Both the position numbers and the translations under genes were made by a program. From assembly GCA_043228905.1 (NCBI GenBank), contig JBHGNT010000010.1, positions 19,096,001 to 19,160,000 on the forward strand: a DNA stretch of 64,000 nucleotides. The letters are read 5' to 3'. This document shows, in pieces, positions 36,101 to 47,820 of this stretch. The notes below the pieces were generated by a model. It was not told the origin of the DNA. It worked only from the letters and a program-made list of their open reading frames with translations, and did not search any database. Within the stretch, counting starts at the first letter, position 1; each line of letters begins with the position of its first letter. This stretch comes from Azolla caroliniana (lineage: Eukaryota > Plantae > Polypodiophyta).

Positions 36101-39100
36101 TAGCTCTAATGCTAACCAATGTATTAAACTTTCCATCCAAACCTCTCCCTCCACACTACCATTTTTGGATCTTTGGGTCATGTTAGATGACTCTTCTTTA
36201 ACTTTTAATTATTACCAAAAAAGTCAAAACTCATACCAATACCTACCCTTCTTTTCCGACCACCCCCTTCATACTTAAAACCACTTTATCACTACTGAAC
36301 TTAGGAGATACTTAGTTAGAAAAAGCACTATAGCACGATACCGTAACATGAAAAAACTTTTCTTTCGTAGACTATTTAATAGAGGTTACCCCCTCTCCTT
36401 TATTTTAAAAATGATAAAAAAATCCCTTTCACACTTAGAAAAGCAATCCTATACAATAAACCTCACAAAAATACCCTTAAACTAGGTATCTATAGACTCT
36501 TAAAGGAACTATACACCGACCTTCTCCTAGACCCCAAACTAGGTAGCCTACCAAGACCTGTCATTTGTTGGACTAAATCCAAATCCATCCATGCACTCTT
36601 AGTCAAAACCAAAGTCTCTAGATCCCCTCCCAATCCCCAATTTTAATAATATATCCACCACTTAATACACTATCAATCATACTACCCACCCCTACTACAT
36701 TCTATCGCCTTCCCCCCTCTCCCATTCACTATACCCAACTTTATCTTTTCTCGCCCCCTCTCGCCCTTTGTCTATATATACTCCTTAACTATGATGTACA
36801 TGACCTTTGCACTGATGAGCTCCTAATCAAGCGAAACTAGTTTGCATAAGGTCTTTTTTGTTAATGAACATTTCTCAAGTTTTTTTCTCTCTCTCACTCT
36901 CTCTTTCTGTCTCAGTTACTCTCCCCCTCTCTTTCACTCTTGTTCCACCTCTACTCTCACTCTCACCTTAATTTCACTTACCTCAACTCTTAATCTCTTC
37001 TCCTCATCTCTTTTCTTCCTCTTCTCACGCCATCTACATCGTTGTGCTAAGCTGCTCGCACTCTTTGTGACGACCCGACGGTCAACAAAAGGAGATATTT
37101 GTAGTTCTATCTAGATGCACCTCCTTGGAGTGTGCATTTTCGCTTTGGAAATGCCTAGGCGAAGAGCTAATCTTCAATGAGGAATATATGGGGAGTATCC
37201 CTGCTGCTGAATGATGTTTTCTCCTCTATGATTTGCTCACTGTGTCAAGTCTCTATCTAGCCAGTTATCTTCATGATCTGTTTGTGCCATTTGGAATTTC
37301 TTAGGAATTTTCTAGATTTTTTTGTAACATTTAAGAAGCTCAAAGAAATTGTGAGGCTTCAGGAATATTAAGTACAATCTAGGCACATGGAATGAAGACA
37401 ACACATAGGAAATACCTCAAAAGTTTGAAATAGCTATGTATTTAAAAAATCGAAGTTTGGAAGCTTTGATATTGATATTTCTGACACTGTTTAGGGTTGA
37501 AAATGTCCACACAATTCATCCAATGACAGACTTGAGAGTTGGGAGTTGAAAGAAGAAACATGAAATAGTTTGTAATAATTGATCTCATGAATCATGGAAG
37601 TGGGCAATGATCTCAACATCTATGGGATGTCAAATTGAAGCTTCATGATCAATAGCTACTCATTCTTGTGTGGGTTGATTGTATGGAATGACTGTGGTTG
37701 CACAAATGATTGTGGCTCCACAAGAGAGATGAGTGATTGTGTTACACTTATCCTATGAAAATTTTGGTGTGAACCTAGTTAGGTGACTGTTCGGTTTCCA
37801 GCTACCTGTAGATATTGGTTATATAAACCATTCTACATCTTTGTAATCGCAAGCTCGTTTTTCCTAATCTACTGGTTTTTCCTTAAGTCTTCTAAGTGCC
37901 CTTGTTGTGTGAGAGTTAGTCTAAGATCCCTGCATTTTCGAGAGATTGAACTTGTGGTTTCATATCAGACTCTTTAGTTATGATATGCAGTTGTGAGACT
38001 TTGTCTACTCCCTATTTGTATGATATGCAGTTGTGAGACTTTGTCTACTCCCTATGTATAATTTATATGCAATATGTTTTATGCATCAAATCGTTTTATG
38101 CCACAATGCATGCATGTGACCGTTCGTCAAGGATGTCTGGTGTCATGCTCTTTTCGTATAAAGTAGTGCCTGCCCCAAATTTGATATCTTACTATTCAAT
38201 CAAGGAATTTAAATTGAGGCATCTAGAAATTGTTCAGCGACTACATGATGTTCAAGAGCAGACATTGGAAGAAGCCCATTCAATAGCTGTTTTCTCACTT
38301 AGCTGCTGCATTGCATGTCTAATTAATTAACTTCTTTATTCCAAGCTATGGATTGTCTTGGATAGTCCAAAATAGCAAGGATTCCAAGCTACACAAAGAG
38401 ACGACAAGAATCACATAAGCTTTGAAGGGAGAAGTGTCGGCATGGTATTCGGTTGAGTCTGATTTGCCTATGGAACATACTACAAACAAATACTCTAGCT
38501 AGGAATTTTTACTCTGAATTGCAGGATTACTCTGAATTGCGAGATAATAGAGAGTTGTGCTACATTAAGCTGTGTGACATCAGTATGGACCCATAACACA
38601 TTGCTGGAAAACTTTCTCAACAACAAACTATTTTCTATGTGACAAACAAAACCTATTTTATAAAGGAAAAGATGCTGCTTAAGGAGATGCTTTTTCCAAC
38701 TTGAAAACCAAAATCTGCATCACTATAGTAACTCAAACTGGCCTTTTAGAGGAAACGGAGGAAACAGAGGTCACAAACTTCAAAACTTCATTCCAATTGA
38801 TCATAGCATCCCTGTGCCAATCTGTTTGCATTTGTGTCCAAAACCTACTGGGAAAGCAGAACATACATATGCGTTATTTTTTGTGCACTCAGCATCTAAT
38901 ATTTGATGGTCAAATTCTATACAGTATCACTGATGTGCGATTTGAAGCAGTCTGGACTGTCCTTATTGTAAGTTGCATATATTTGGAGCATGTCTTTTAC
39001 AAAATGTAATGCAAATCCTATGCTTTACACAAGACCAGACCATGGTTGTTTGGCAGTTACCTATACCAAGCCTTTCAGAGGTTACGTTTTGCACTGCAAT

Positions 39101-41813
39101 CTTGATTATTAATGTTAATTGATGTTTTATATTTCCAAGTAAATCCTTTGGAAATTACTTTTATTTAATAATTTATGGGTTGGTTCTTTGTTTGCTTATA
39201 GGGAAGAAGCCATCAACAGGTGCTTTTCCCTTGATAGGGTTGAAGACATTATCTATGCACTTGTGAGTAGTCTCATCTATGATTAATAGAGGACTTGCTA
39301 TTTTAAAATCCAGCTTTATCCATAGATGATTCAAAATGCAGGTCACAATCTTTACTGTAATGTAGCATGTGAGGTTGAAAACCTGAGAGTTGTTTTTAAA
39401 TGTATGATTGGAATATGTTGATGTGATATGGCTAAAGTTCCTTGGCTAGATATGTTGAACATCTGATTTATGATCAAGTTCACATAAATGGTGATTATGT
39501 AAGCTATAAAGGATGGAGGTTTCATGCCTGATATTTACATTAGCCCCTTGAATGTTCATGTGTGGTTGTGTTATGACTGTATAAGGTGCTTTTATGTATT
39601 ATTCCTTATTTCAACGGTTTCTGTGAACAATCTTTTTAAAATATAGTAGCTGATATACTCAATTCTTATACAAATTTACGACTTGTGATTGCTTGTTATC
39701 TGTGAGTGTAGGTTTTTCTATGAACGTCCAACTGTCTAAATATGCCTGAACATCCAACTGGCTAAATATGCCTGAACATCCAACTGTCTAAATAAATACA
39801 TTTATATGTATAAACTTTATATGCATTTATGGGCCTATATTGGACTTCAAGTGACCCATCAATAGAAGAATGAGGTATTATTTGTCTCAATGTATTTTAA
39901 AGTTTGGCATTTCTGTAGTTATTTTTTATTTTTTCATGTACGAATTTTCAAACATGTCACGTTGCACCTACTGATTAGATTGAACAGTAGATTGCATTTT
40001 ATTAGTCGTGTAGGTTCTTTTTTGCTTCATGGTTGCTATATCTCAACTTAATGGACATCAGTGGATGCATAAGTGAGACGTGTGTGGGCTGCAATACAGT
40101 GTTTCTTGTATTTCTTCTATCAGTGTGCAGAGCTCCATTCTGCCCTTGACCATTCAATGTTGACATCCACCTCTCAAGAAGGTCATGCTATCCCCCCAAC
40201 ATGTCCATCTTTTGACACAGAAAGACCCTTCAAAAATAGTGAATGTTTATGACAGATTAAATTATTTTAACCTTGTAGGTTCTTTTCTTCTTCATTGGTT
40301 TCATATCTTTTGACACAGAAAGACCCTTGAAAAGAAGTAGAGAAAGCGTATGACAGTGGTTAAATTCCAAGAAATTCAGCCACATGACAGTGCTATTGTG
40401 TAATCTTACAAGTGTCCGTTTGATGAGTGACAAAGAGATGTGACAGCTGAAGTTAGTAAAGAGTTGTTTTATTGCTGTTTTTTATCATCCTTAATTAGTG
40501 GAAGCTCATTGAAACACCTAGACATGACCATCTCTTTTCCCTATTACTGCGAAATGTGAAAAGTTCACTATTAGTTTTGTTCTGTTTTCTCTGTCTAAGT
40601 AAAGTGTCAGTGTTTGAGAGACTCTTTTTGGTTGGTGCATGCCATGTGTAAAATAAAAAACAAGATATGGAGATGTTGACGTTGGGTACTGAATTGGAAA
40701 CTTAGGATCTGGTTTAAATTGTTGTATATTTAAAATGACAGGAGGCTGAAGCAGAAGGTCCAGACTATGCATGGTATAGAGATGTTCTAGACAACATGAG
40801 AGCAGCATCGCCTCTGAGCCAAAAGCTTGCTCTGAAATCAGTATGTTCCATAAGAACCTCACTTGTTTGGAAATCAATTGCATCTGTTCTCGGTATTTAT
40901 TTACATGCATATTTTGACAGATACGAGCGGCTCGTGAAGAATCTCTTCCAGCTTGCCTTAAAAGGGAGTACAGGATGAGCTGTCGAGCCATATCTGGGAA
41001 TATCTCAAAAGACTTTTATGAGGTATTATCTCTATTCAAATATACCTCTGTTCTAAGAGAGAGAAGAAATATAAATCTCTAATGATTGTTTCATGAGATT
41101 AGGAAAGGGCAACATGCCAATATAGTCGTGCAACTTTTACTGGAATACTGCTTCAATGTTTTGCCATTAAGATATCACTTTTTTACCAAGGATATTAATA
41201 TAATATGTGAAATTTTATACATCTTTGATATCTGAGAATCAGAAGCACATGGATGGTTCTGATTTCTCCTTCTGTTTGATTATTGCAAACATGGAATAAT
41301 TCTTGTATGCTTAATGCACGAGTTGTTATGATGATTATTTTCCATTTCTATTTGATGCTTATGTAATCTGGCTTCTATTCTTACTAATGATTATCTTCAG
41401 GGTGTACGAGCACATCTGATCGACAAAGACCATAACCCAAAGGTAAGATGAAAGTTTCTTTAACTCTTTAGTTTTGGAGTAAGCTCAATATTACACCTTA
41501 TTGTGACTGTTTTTGGCACAAACAGTGGAGTCCATCGTATTTAGAGAACGTAAGTGATGACATGGTTGATGCGTATTTCCAACCTTTTGAGAATGAGGTA
41601 GATGAGTTGTCACTACCTTTGATGGAACGTGAGGGCATTTCTCATGCAACAGATAGTGTGTTAAGTATGAAACCTGGTATGGAGACCTTAAGTCAAGGCA
41701 GTACAGAACCAGATCATGATATTCTTGACTGGGCAATGAGCATTGGTGGTGGTGGTGGTGGTGGTGGTGGAAGAAACCAACAGGCCTCGAGAAACATTAG
41801 AAGGAATAGATAG
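30122..41813 (+). CDS. 3-hydroxyisobutyryl-CoA hydrolase-like protein (crotonase superfamily)
   Basis: 13 phase-consistent GT-AG exons: 30122-30208, 32204-32272, 32363-32426, 33562-33641, 33755-33838, 34006-34090, 34278-34363, 34454-34575, 39202-39262, 40742-40840, 40921-41022, 41401-41442, 41526-41813. Motifs include AFASLETRMGFHPDAGSSF, GEYLALTGERL, ASPLSQKLAL, CLKREYRM and DFYEGVRAHLIDKDHNPKW. Confidence 0.9.
34740..35490 (-). mobile_element. Penelope-like element (PLE) RT 3' fragment, inverted copy
   Basis: Reverse complement aligns by eye with 35960-36640 (e.g. AGGTACATCGATGATGTCTTTGGCAT = RYIDDVFG; AATAGAGGTTACCCCC = NRGYP), with an internal deletion. The left boundary is approximate. 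Confidence 0.8.
35490..36860 (+). mobile_element. Penelope-like element, 5'-truncated decayed RT/thumb region plus 3' hammerhead-bearing terminus
   Basis: Frameshifted motifs KLHKNPISFRPI, TIDIEALYPSIP, YQQIKG..TMGS, FRRYVDDAFGIW, LPFLDL, YQYLPFFSDHP and LFNRGYP are characteristic of PLE RTs. Confidence 0.88.
36802..36853 (+). ncRNA. Minimal type I hammerhead ribozyme (PLE-associated)
   Basis: GACCTT-TGCA / CTGATGA / GCT-cctaatca-AGC / GAAA / C-TA-G-TT / TGCA-T-AAGGTC. Both core boxes are intact. Stem I (with a 1-nt bulge), stem II and a palindromic stem III (ACTAGT) can form. Predicted cleavage is after GUU at 36842. Confidence 0.82.
37978..38055. repeat. ~40-bp tandem duplication
   Basis: TATGATATGCAGTTGTGAGACTTTGTCTACTCCCTAT twice. 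Confidence 0.9.
39721..39793. repeat. 26-bp tandem repeat, ~3 copies
   Basis: TGAAC(G/A)TCCAACTG(T/G)CTAAATATGCC units. Confidence 0.85.
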
Positions 41814-43044
41814 TGATATATTTCAGCTCTCTGGATACAGTGTCCAAATACTTTGGAGATTCTTTGGCAAATTGCCTTTTCGTATACCCCTCTTCACTAG
41901 GGATGTATTTTCTTATGTGAGATCATGGACCATGTTGATACGAGGAATAAATCAATGTATGAATTATAATGGTTCTAAGAAATTCAAACCAAATATGTTA
42001 GGAATTCTAGTAATTTCTTATCGGTTTTGAGTAATGTTTGTCAAAAAGTTAGTTGAATAATTAGGATTAATCTGTGTCCCAATATCAATATTTTGAGTGC
42101 AAAATATCTCAAAAAATAGTTGTGTTTCAAAATATCTAAAGATAAATTTTATAGATTGGTAGTACACTATTTTTATCATCATTAGCACACTATGTATTGC
42201 ATCCTTGCATTCAGGTGATGGTGGAAATACTCGATGTGATTGTGGCTTGCATATGGAAGAGAATATTCTTTCTATAATCATACTCTTTATATCTGGTTGC
42301 AAACTGCTATCTGGGTTGTTTATAATTGTCATTTATCACAAGTTGGCATTTTTGTATGGGTGCAGCAGTTCCAATGTAATTTGAGGAATTTGAGGATTGA
42401 ACTGGTGAATTTTACTTGTTTATGTGAAATAATTGCTTTATGCCCTCCGTGCTATTTGTAGTTGAGGTTGTTGATTCTATCCACACTTTGTGGTGAAGCT
42501 CGATTGGGGTGATAATGGGATGCATGGATGAAGCTTTTTTTCATTAAAAAGTAACTTGGGTTTGGGTTAGAGGGCAGAGAGATCTTCAAAACACAACTTA
42601 AGATTAGATTGGATTACAAGGCAGGGAGATCCCTTAACACAGTGAATGCGTTATTCAGAAAGATTATGTATGAGCCTATTAAAAGCATATATGTGCAAAG
42701 ATATTGTGGTTGCGGATATCTAGATGGATCCTCACTGTATGCATTTGAATTCCTGTTCGCTTTTTGAATAGTTGTGTTTTTCACATTTGTGCATTAAAGA
42801 TATCTTTTTGTGGAGTGAAAAGTAATGGTTTTGCCTTGTTATCTTGTTCAAAATTTCTCATTATTACATGGTTGATGGTGATGTTTAGATGCCAACATTC
42901 CTCCATGATTGTCACAAATGTCTCAGTACATTTTTTGACATTGTATTGACTCTTGAATGGGAATATTGCTCCATGTTGATATAAATGGGATATATTAATC
43001 CACTGCATGCTCATCTTTCATTGCGGACAATGAAAACCTTTTCT

Positions 43045-46000
43045 CTAGTTGGACTCCATGGCTAAACTATTCTTCTTACTCGATCTTCTTGGGCTTAAAG
43101 GTCCATTGTTATCTGCTATACTTCCTCTTTCATTGTCAAGTACCCTCATTGACCACTGACGGTGTCATTGAGAAAAAAGGATGTTAGGAAACTCAAAACA
43201 CATAAAAGTATACTAAGAAGAAACAAAAGTTAAGCTAGAATTTGAAATTTAGTTGATCATGGAGGAAAAGTTTGCACCATATCAACTAAAAGTTGATATT
43301 TGAAATCCAAGAGATTCCACTTCTCTTTGAGGTCTTTCATTTCTTGGACTTGGGATGTATATTTTTCAAGTTCTTTCTTCTACATTCATCATGGATGGAT
43401 AAGTTGTAAAAGCTTTTTAAGGTGACTACGTGTTAATATTGTTCCTCAATTGCATACTCATAAAAATAATGCTTATAACTTATCACATACATGATTGTAG
43501 AATGCTTTTTTTAACTAGTTTGTAGGTCACAAATATGAATGCATTTTGTGAAATGGCTTGTTTGTGTCATTAAAAAAATCCGAGTTGAAAGATATGTGGA
43601 TTCCAAAAAAGGGAGCAAGTATTTTCATTCATTGGAAAAGGTTACTTTATTAAGGGAACTTATATTCATTAGCACTTGCTAATGTCTTGAGAAACCTAGT
43701 AAATACTATATTCATAAGTTTAGGAGCGAACATTATTTTATGCGTCCAATGTATTTTTTTCAAATGGTGCAAACGTGGAAAGAGAGAAACTATGCTTTTG
43801 TATACATTGTAATCATGCAAATATATCAGCTTGATGTAATCAAGGACATCCATAGAAAATAGTAAATGCATTTTATCACCAGAAATATTAGGCTCCACCT
43901 CTTGAAAACTCTTATTATGCCAGAATTAACACCCAATCTAGACAAACATATTAATATTACATCATTACCTCTAATATGAGTATTGTTTACTAAGTTTTTG
44001 TGCATTTGAATCATTATATTAATTCTACTCATTCAATATCAACATAGATTCTTGATTTTGTAATCAAAGACAAACGCACAGTATACATATTGATTTTACT
44101 TTAGGTAAGATACATGATGATCATCACCATGGAAAATTGTACACAGTATATCAAATGGTAAAAAACTCATACAAGCCTATGGATGAGAACTAAGTTTGAT
44201 TCTAGTATGCAATTAGTAACTTCAAAAAAAGTTCATTGTGTCCATGGCACAAATAAATTTGGAGTGTGTTAATCATACAAATTTTAAGTCCAGGTCATAA
44301 ATGTGCAACATGTTGTGTTGCTAACTTGAAGGTGGTAACTACCATTGATTGTGCAAAAACATTGAGAAACATGACATGAAGATTCAAGGTCTTAGTGATT
44401 AACCACAAGATAATGTGGCACAATTTGTGCTTTAAAGCGATAGGACTAAATTCATCTTTCAACTAATGTAGCCAATTGTGATGAAGAAATTATGTACACC
44501 TTTGTGTTAGTTTACACATAGAAAACAATGATCGACATTTTAAATGCTCTACTCGTCCATATTTGGCTCTACATTGTTGTAACGTGATGAGAAAATATAT
44601 CGTCTGTTATCTAAGTTTAGCTCTACAAAGTTGAAACATGGTGAAGTACCATATCATTTATCCAAAGATAAGGTATAACAATGCCAAGTCTCATGATGTG
44701 GTGCCACTTAGGAATCACGTTACGACGAAATCTAGCATGTGGACACCTTTAGAAACTACATACAAGGACATTTGTAGGAAAAACTTCTACAAATACTTCA
44801 CCCATTTTTCATTTTATTATCGTTTCTCATACTAGATAGTAGTAGATTTCTGAGACTATGGTTTGTTCTTTTAGTTGTAAATTCACATCACAAATCCCAT
44901 GGTGTGATTTTAACCTTTAAAAACTTCTATTATCTTTATGTGTGTGTGTATTATACTCGTGCACTCAACAATCTTACTAGTTTCCTTTTCTCACGACGTA
45001 GCTCAATAACCTCCTTCTCTAAGGATCCATCAGGTGCCATAATTGGACCTTCGGTGAAATCTATTACGTTTAAACAAAACAACAAAACATTCAAAAAACA
45101 AAATATTATGAAATTAACCCAAAAACTTTGCTCATTTTACAAATTGGTTATGTAAATTTCATTAAAAATGCCAATCCGGTTTTATTAGCCATATGGACAC
45201 ATCACACTTTAACTTGATGTTAATTGCATTGTTTAGTACTTTGATAAACTTTAACCATCCTAATCTACCCTACATCTAGTTGAATAAATAACGATGTGTC
45301 ATTCTCCCATTCTGTCAATGCATCTATTAGTTTGAAAATGCAGGCCATGATTGATTCAATGGCATGGATTTGATCATTCTTGAGGACCTCCATGCCCAAC
45401 TAGTCAAGTATTATATTTGACAAGAATTTTGCTTCCTTCCAGGAATAAAGCCATAACAATTTTCAACATGAAACTTGGATCAAAGCAAATTTTGGGCTTA
45501 GGAACATCAATTTCATTCTGATGAGAAAGGGAGAAATCATAGTTCGAAAATCCCAAGGGTTGTCGTAAAGGTCTTTCCAAAAAGGAGAAGAGATTGAAAT
45601 TTTGTGGTTCCACCTCATCAAGTTGTCATTTAAATGAACAGTCACTTCATAAGGTCCTCGTGAACACCACTTACAAATATTGAAACTTGCGCCTTGATAA
45701 GAAAACATGCATGTTCCGCGTATGCTTTAATCATTTTCTCATTTTTTTCTCCAAAGCAATCCTACCCATGTTCATACATGCTGTTTGTGTTGTCATGGGT
45801 TTTCTACAAAAAGTGCATCTAAGTTGATCCATCCTCAAGACCTTCATCATGTCAAATGCATTTTCGATACAAGACATCGTAATTATTAATATCACGAGCT
45901 AATAAGCTCATGCAACATGCATCTGAAAGAACATTATGAGACATCGATATTGATCCCCTAAACATTGGAAAAGGTGGGAATCCACAACAAACCTTTGTTG

Positions 46001-47095
46001 GAATCGAGAATGTCATATGAGATAAAGAGTGATCTCAAAAAACAAAAAATAGCAGACATAATTTACGGCGAAGGAATGATACTCATCTAATTGGTGATCT
46101 CAAAAAATGTTCAAGGATTCAGGTAGTGCGAGATCACAACATGAGTTACCTAAGAAACATGTTGTGATAAAGAAATACATAAGGTAAGGTTAGGAGTGAC
46201 TAGAAATGCAAGGGAGAAGCAGCAAGGCAATACTTGTTGAAAGATAGGAATGGTGTAGATGAATAAGACGAAGTGGGATCAATTACTCACAAAAACAAAA
46301 CCTCTCATATTGACGTTATGTCAATTCCTGTTTTCAAGCTTGATCCAAAGGTATGGACAGCACCTTTTGCGGAAAGCCTATCAAATGTTTGGATTTTTGT
46401 ACATTATAATCGTGTCACACACACATTTTAAGGTTCATGTATGCACCTTCAAACTGAAGGTAAGGAAAGTCTTTGGTTTTCAAGAAGATTCTCAAATTAC
46501 ACAAAAAAACGAGATCGATGGTGCTCTTCTTGTTCTTTGCTATGTATCAATCAGGATGGTGCATTGGAAGTAAATCGTTCCGTGACAGACAACAACAGTG
46601 TCTCCAACACTCGATACAGACGAGGAATGACAAGAAGATTTACACCACCCCTTGCATTTTGATCCCGCTATGTTCTCAACCCCGCGGCCAGGATGGGTTA
46701 CAATGTGATGCATCTAGCTCTCTAAGTCTAGGTATAGATCTGTAAACCTATAGCTATAATGGTGGGACATACAAATAGGCATAGAGATGGTGTGAAGGAA
46801 GGAGGGAGAGCACACACACCTGCAGACCAATGGCCATTGTGGTATGTGAGGCGATTGTTGTCCAGGATAAGGGCTACTGGCCCCAAATCGGTCATCTCTC
46901 CGCCGCCGCCGCCATACATTGTCTGTTCCGCTGCTGCCCTCTGCTGCTGCACCGCCGCAGCTGCCACCAATTTCTTCCTCCCGAAGCTACTACAACACAC
47001 ACACGCACACACAAAAGAAAACAAACAAACACGCATACGTAGATGTATAGGTATAGGTATGTGTATGTGTATGTGTATATGAAGATGTATATGTA

Positions 47096-47147
<52 letters not shown>

Positions 47148-47588
47148 AAGATGTATATGTATGTGTATGTGTATGTGTCTGTATATGTGGTGCGCAGGTT
47201 CATGTGCATATGCACGGAAGCATGTGTATGTGTATGTTGTATGTGGTACACAGGTTCATGTGCATATGCACAGACGCATGTGTATGTGCATGTTGTATGT
47301 GATGCACATGCTCATGTGCATATGCACAGAAGCTCACCACATTCCATCCAGCCATCCATTTCATTCCAAACAAAACACAGAACACCATAGAAACAGAAAA
47401 AAAGGGGGAGGGGATCGCGTTTCACCATCCCTGTCACAGTCACGTACCATTTAATACATGCAGACGATGCGTGTGAACGATCAGAATGGCTATTTCTTGT
47501 TTTTTCTTTTTTTCTTTTTGTTCTTTTGTTTTATCAGGTGAAGTGGTCGGAGAGTTCAAAGACTGGCGACGTACCTGAAGAGGCCCAT
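43045..47588 (-). CDS. CBY1: Chibby (CBY1)-like coiled-coil protein, 158 aa, 5 coding exons
   Basis: GT-AG exons 47588-47575, 46986-46820, 45060-44978, 43379-43278 and 43155-43045 total 477 nt in one open frame: MGLFSFGRKKLVAAAAVQQQRAAAEQTMYGGGGGEMTDLGPVALILDNNRLTYHNGHWSADFTEGPIMAPDGSLEKEVIELRREKRKLKKELEKYTSQVQEMKDLKEKWNLLDFKYQLLVDMWSMRVLDNERGSIADNNGPLSPRRSSKKNSLAMESN*. Two blocks match Chibby as recalled: GxxxxxL....L.F.NG.W and NLL..K..LL.DM. Confidence 0.8.
47045..47330. repeat. (GTATGT)n / AT-GT microsatellite in CBY-like intron 1
   Basis: Directly visible. Confidence 0.9.
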
Positions 47589-47820
47589 TGGCGATGGCGA
47601 TGGCGATGGCGATGGCGATGGCGATGGCGATGGCGATGGCGATGGCGATGGCGATGGCGATGGCGATGGTGATGGCGATGGCAGGCACAGAAAGAGAGCA
47701 AGACAGAGAAGGGATGGAGGGATGGAGGGATGGATGAATCAGAAGGGAGAGAGGATCGAATTCTGTGTCTGTGTCTCTGCGTATGGCGATGGCGATGGCG
47801 ATGGCGATGGCGATGGTGGT
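47589..47820. repeat. (GATGGC)n hexamer arrays immediately 5' of the CBY-like start codon
   Basis: About 15 copies at 47589-47682 and about 5 at 47783-47816. Confidence 0.9.

Noticed and set aside
46320-46745. Candidate extra exons after CBY-like exon 2
   Set aside because: Each phase-compatible acceptor tried ran into an early stop. The exon at 45060-44978 fits both phase and homology.
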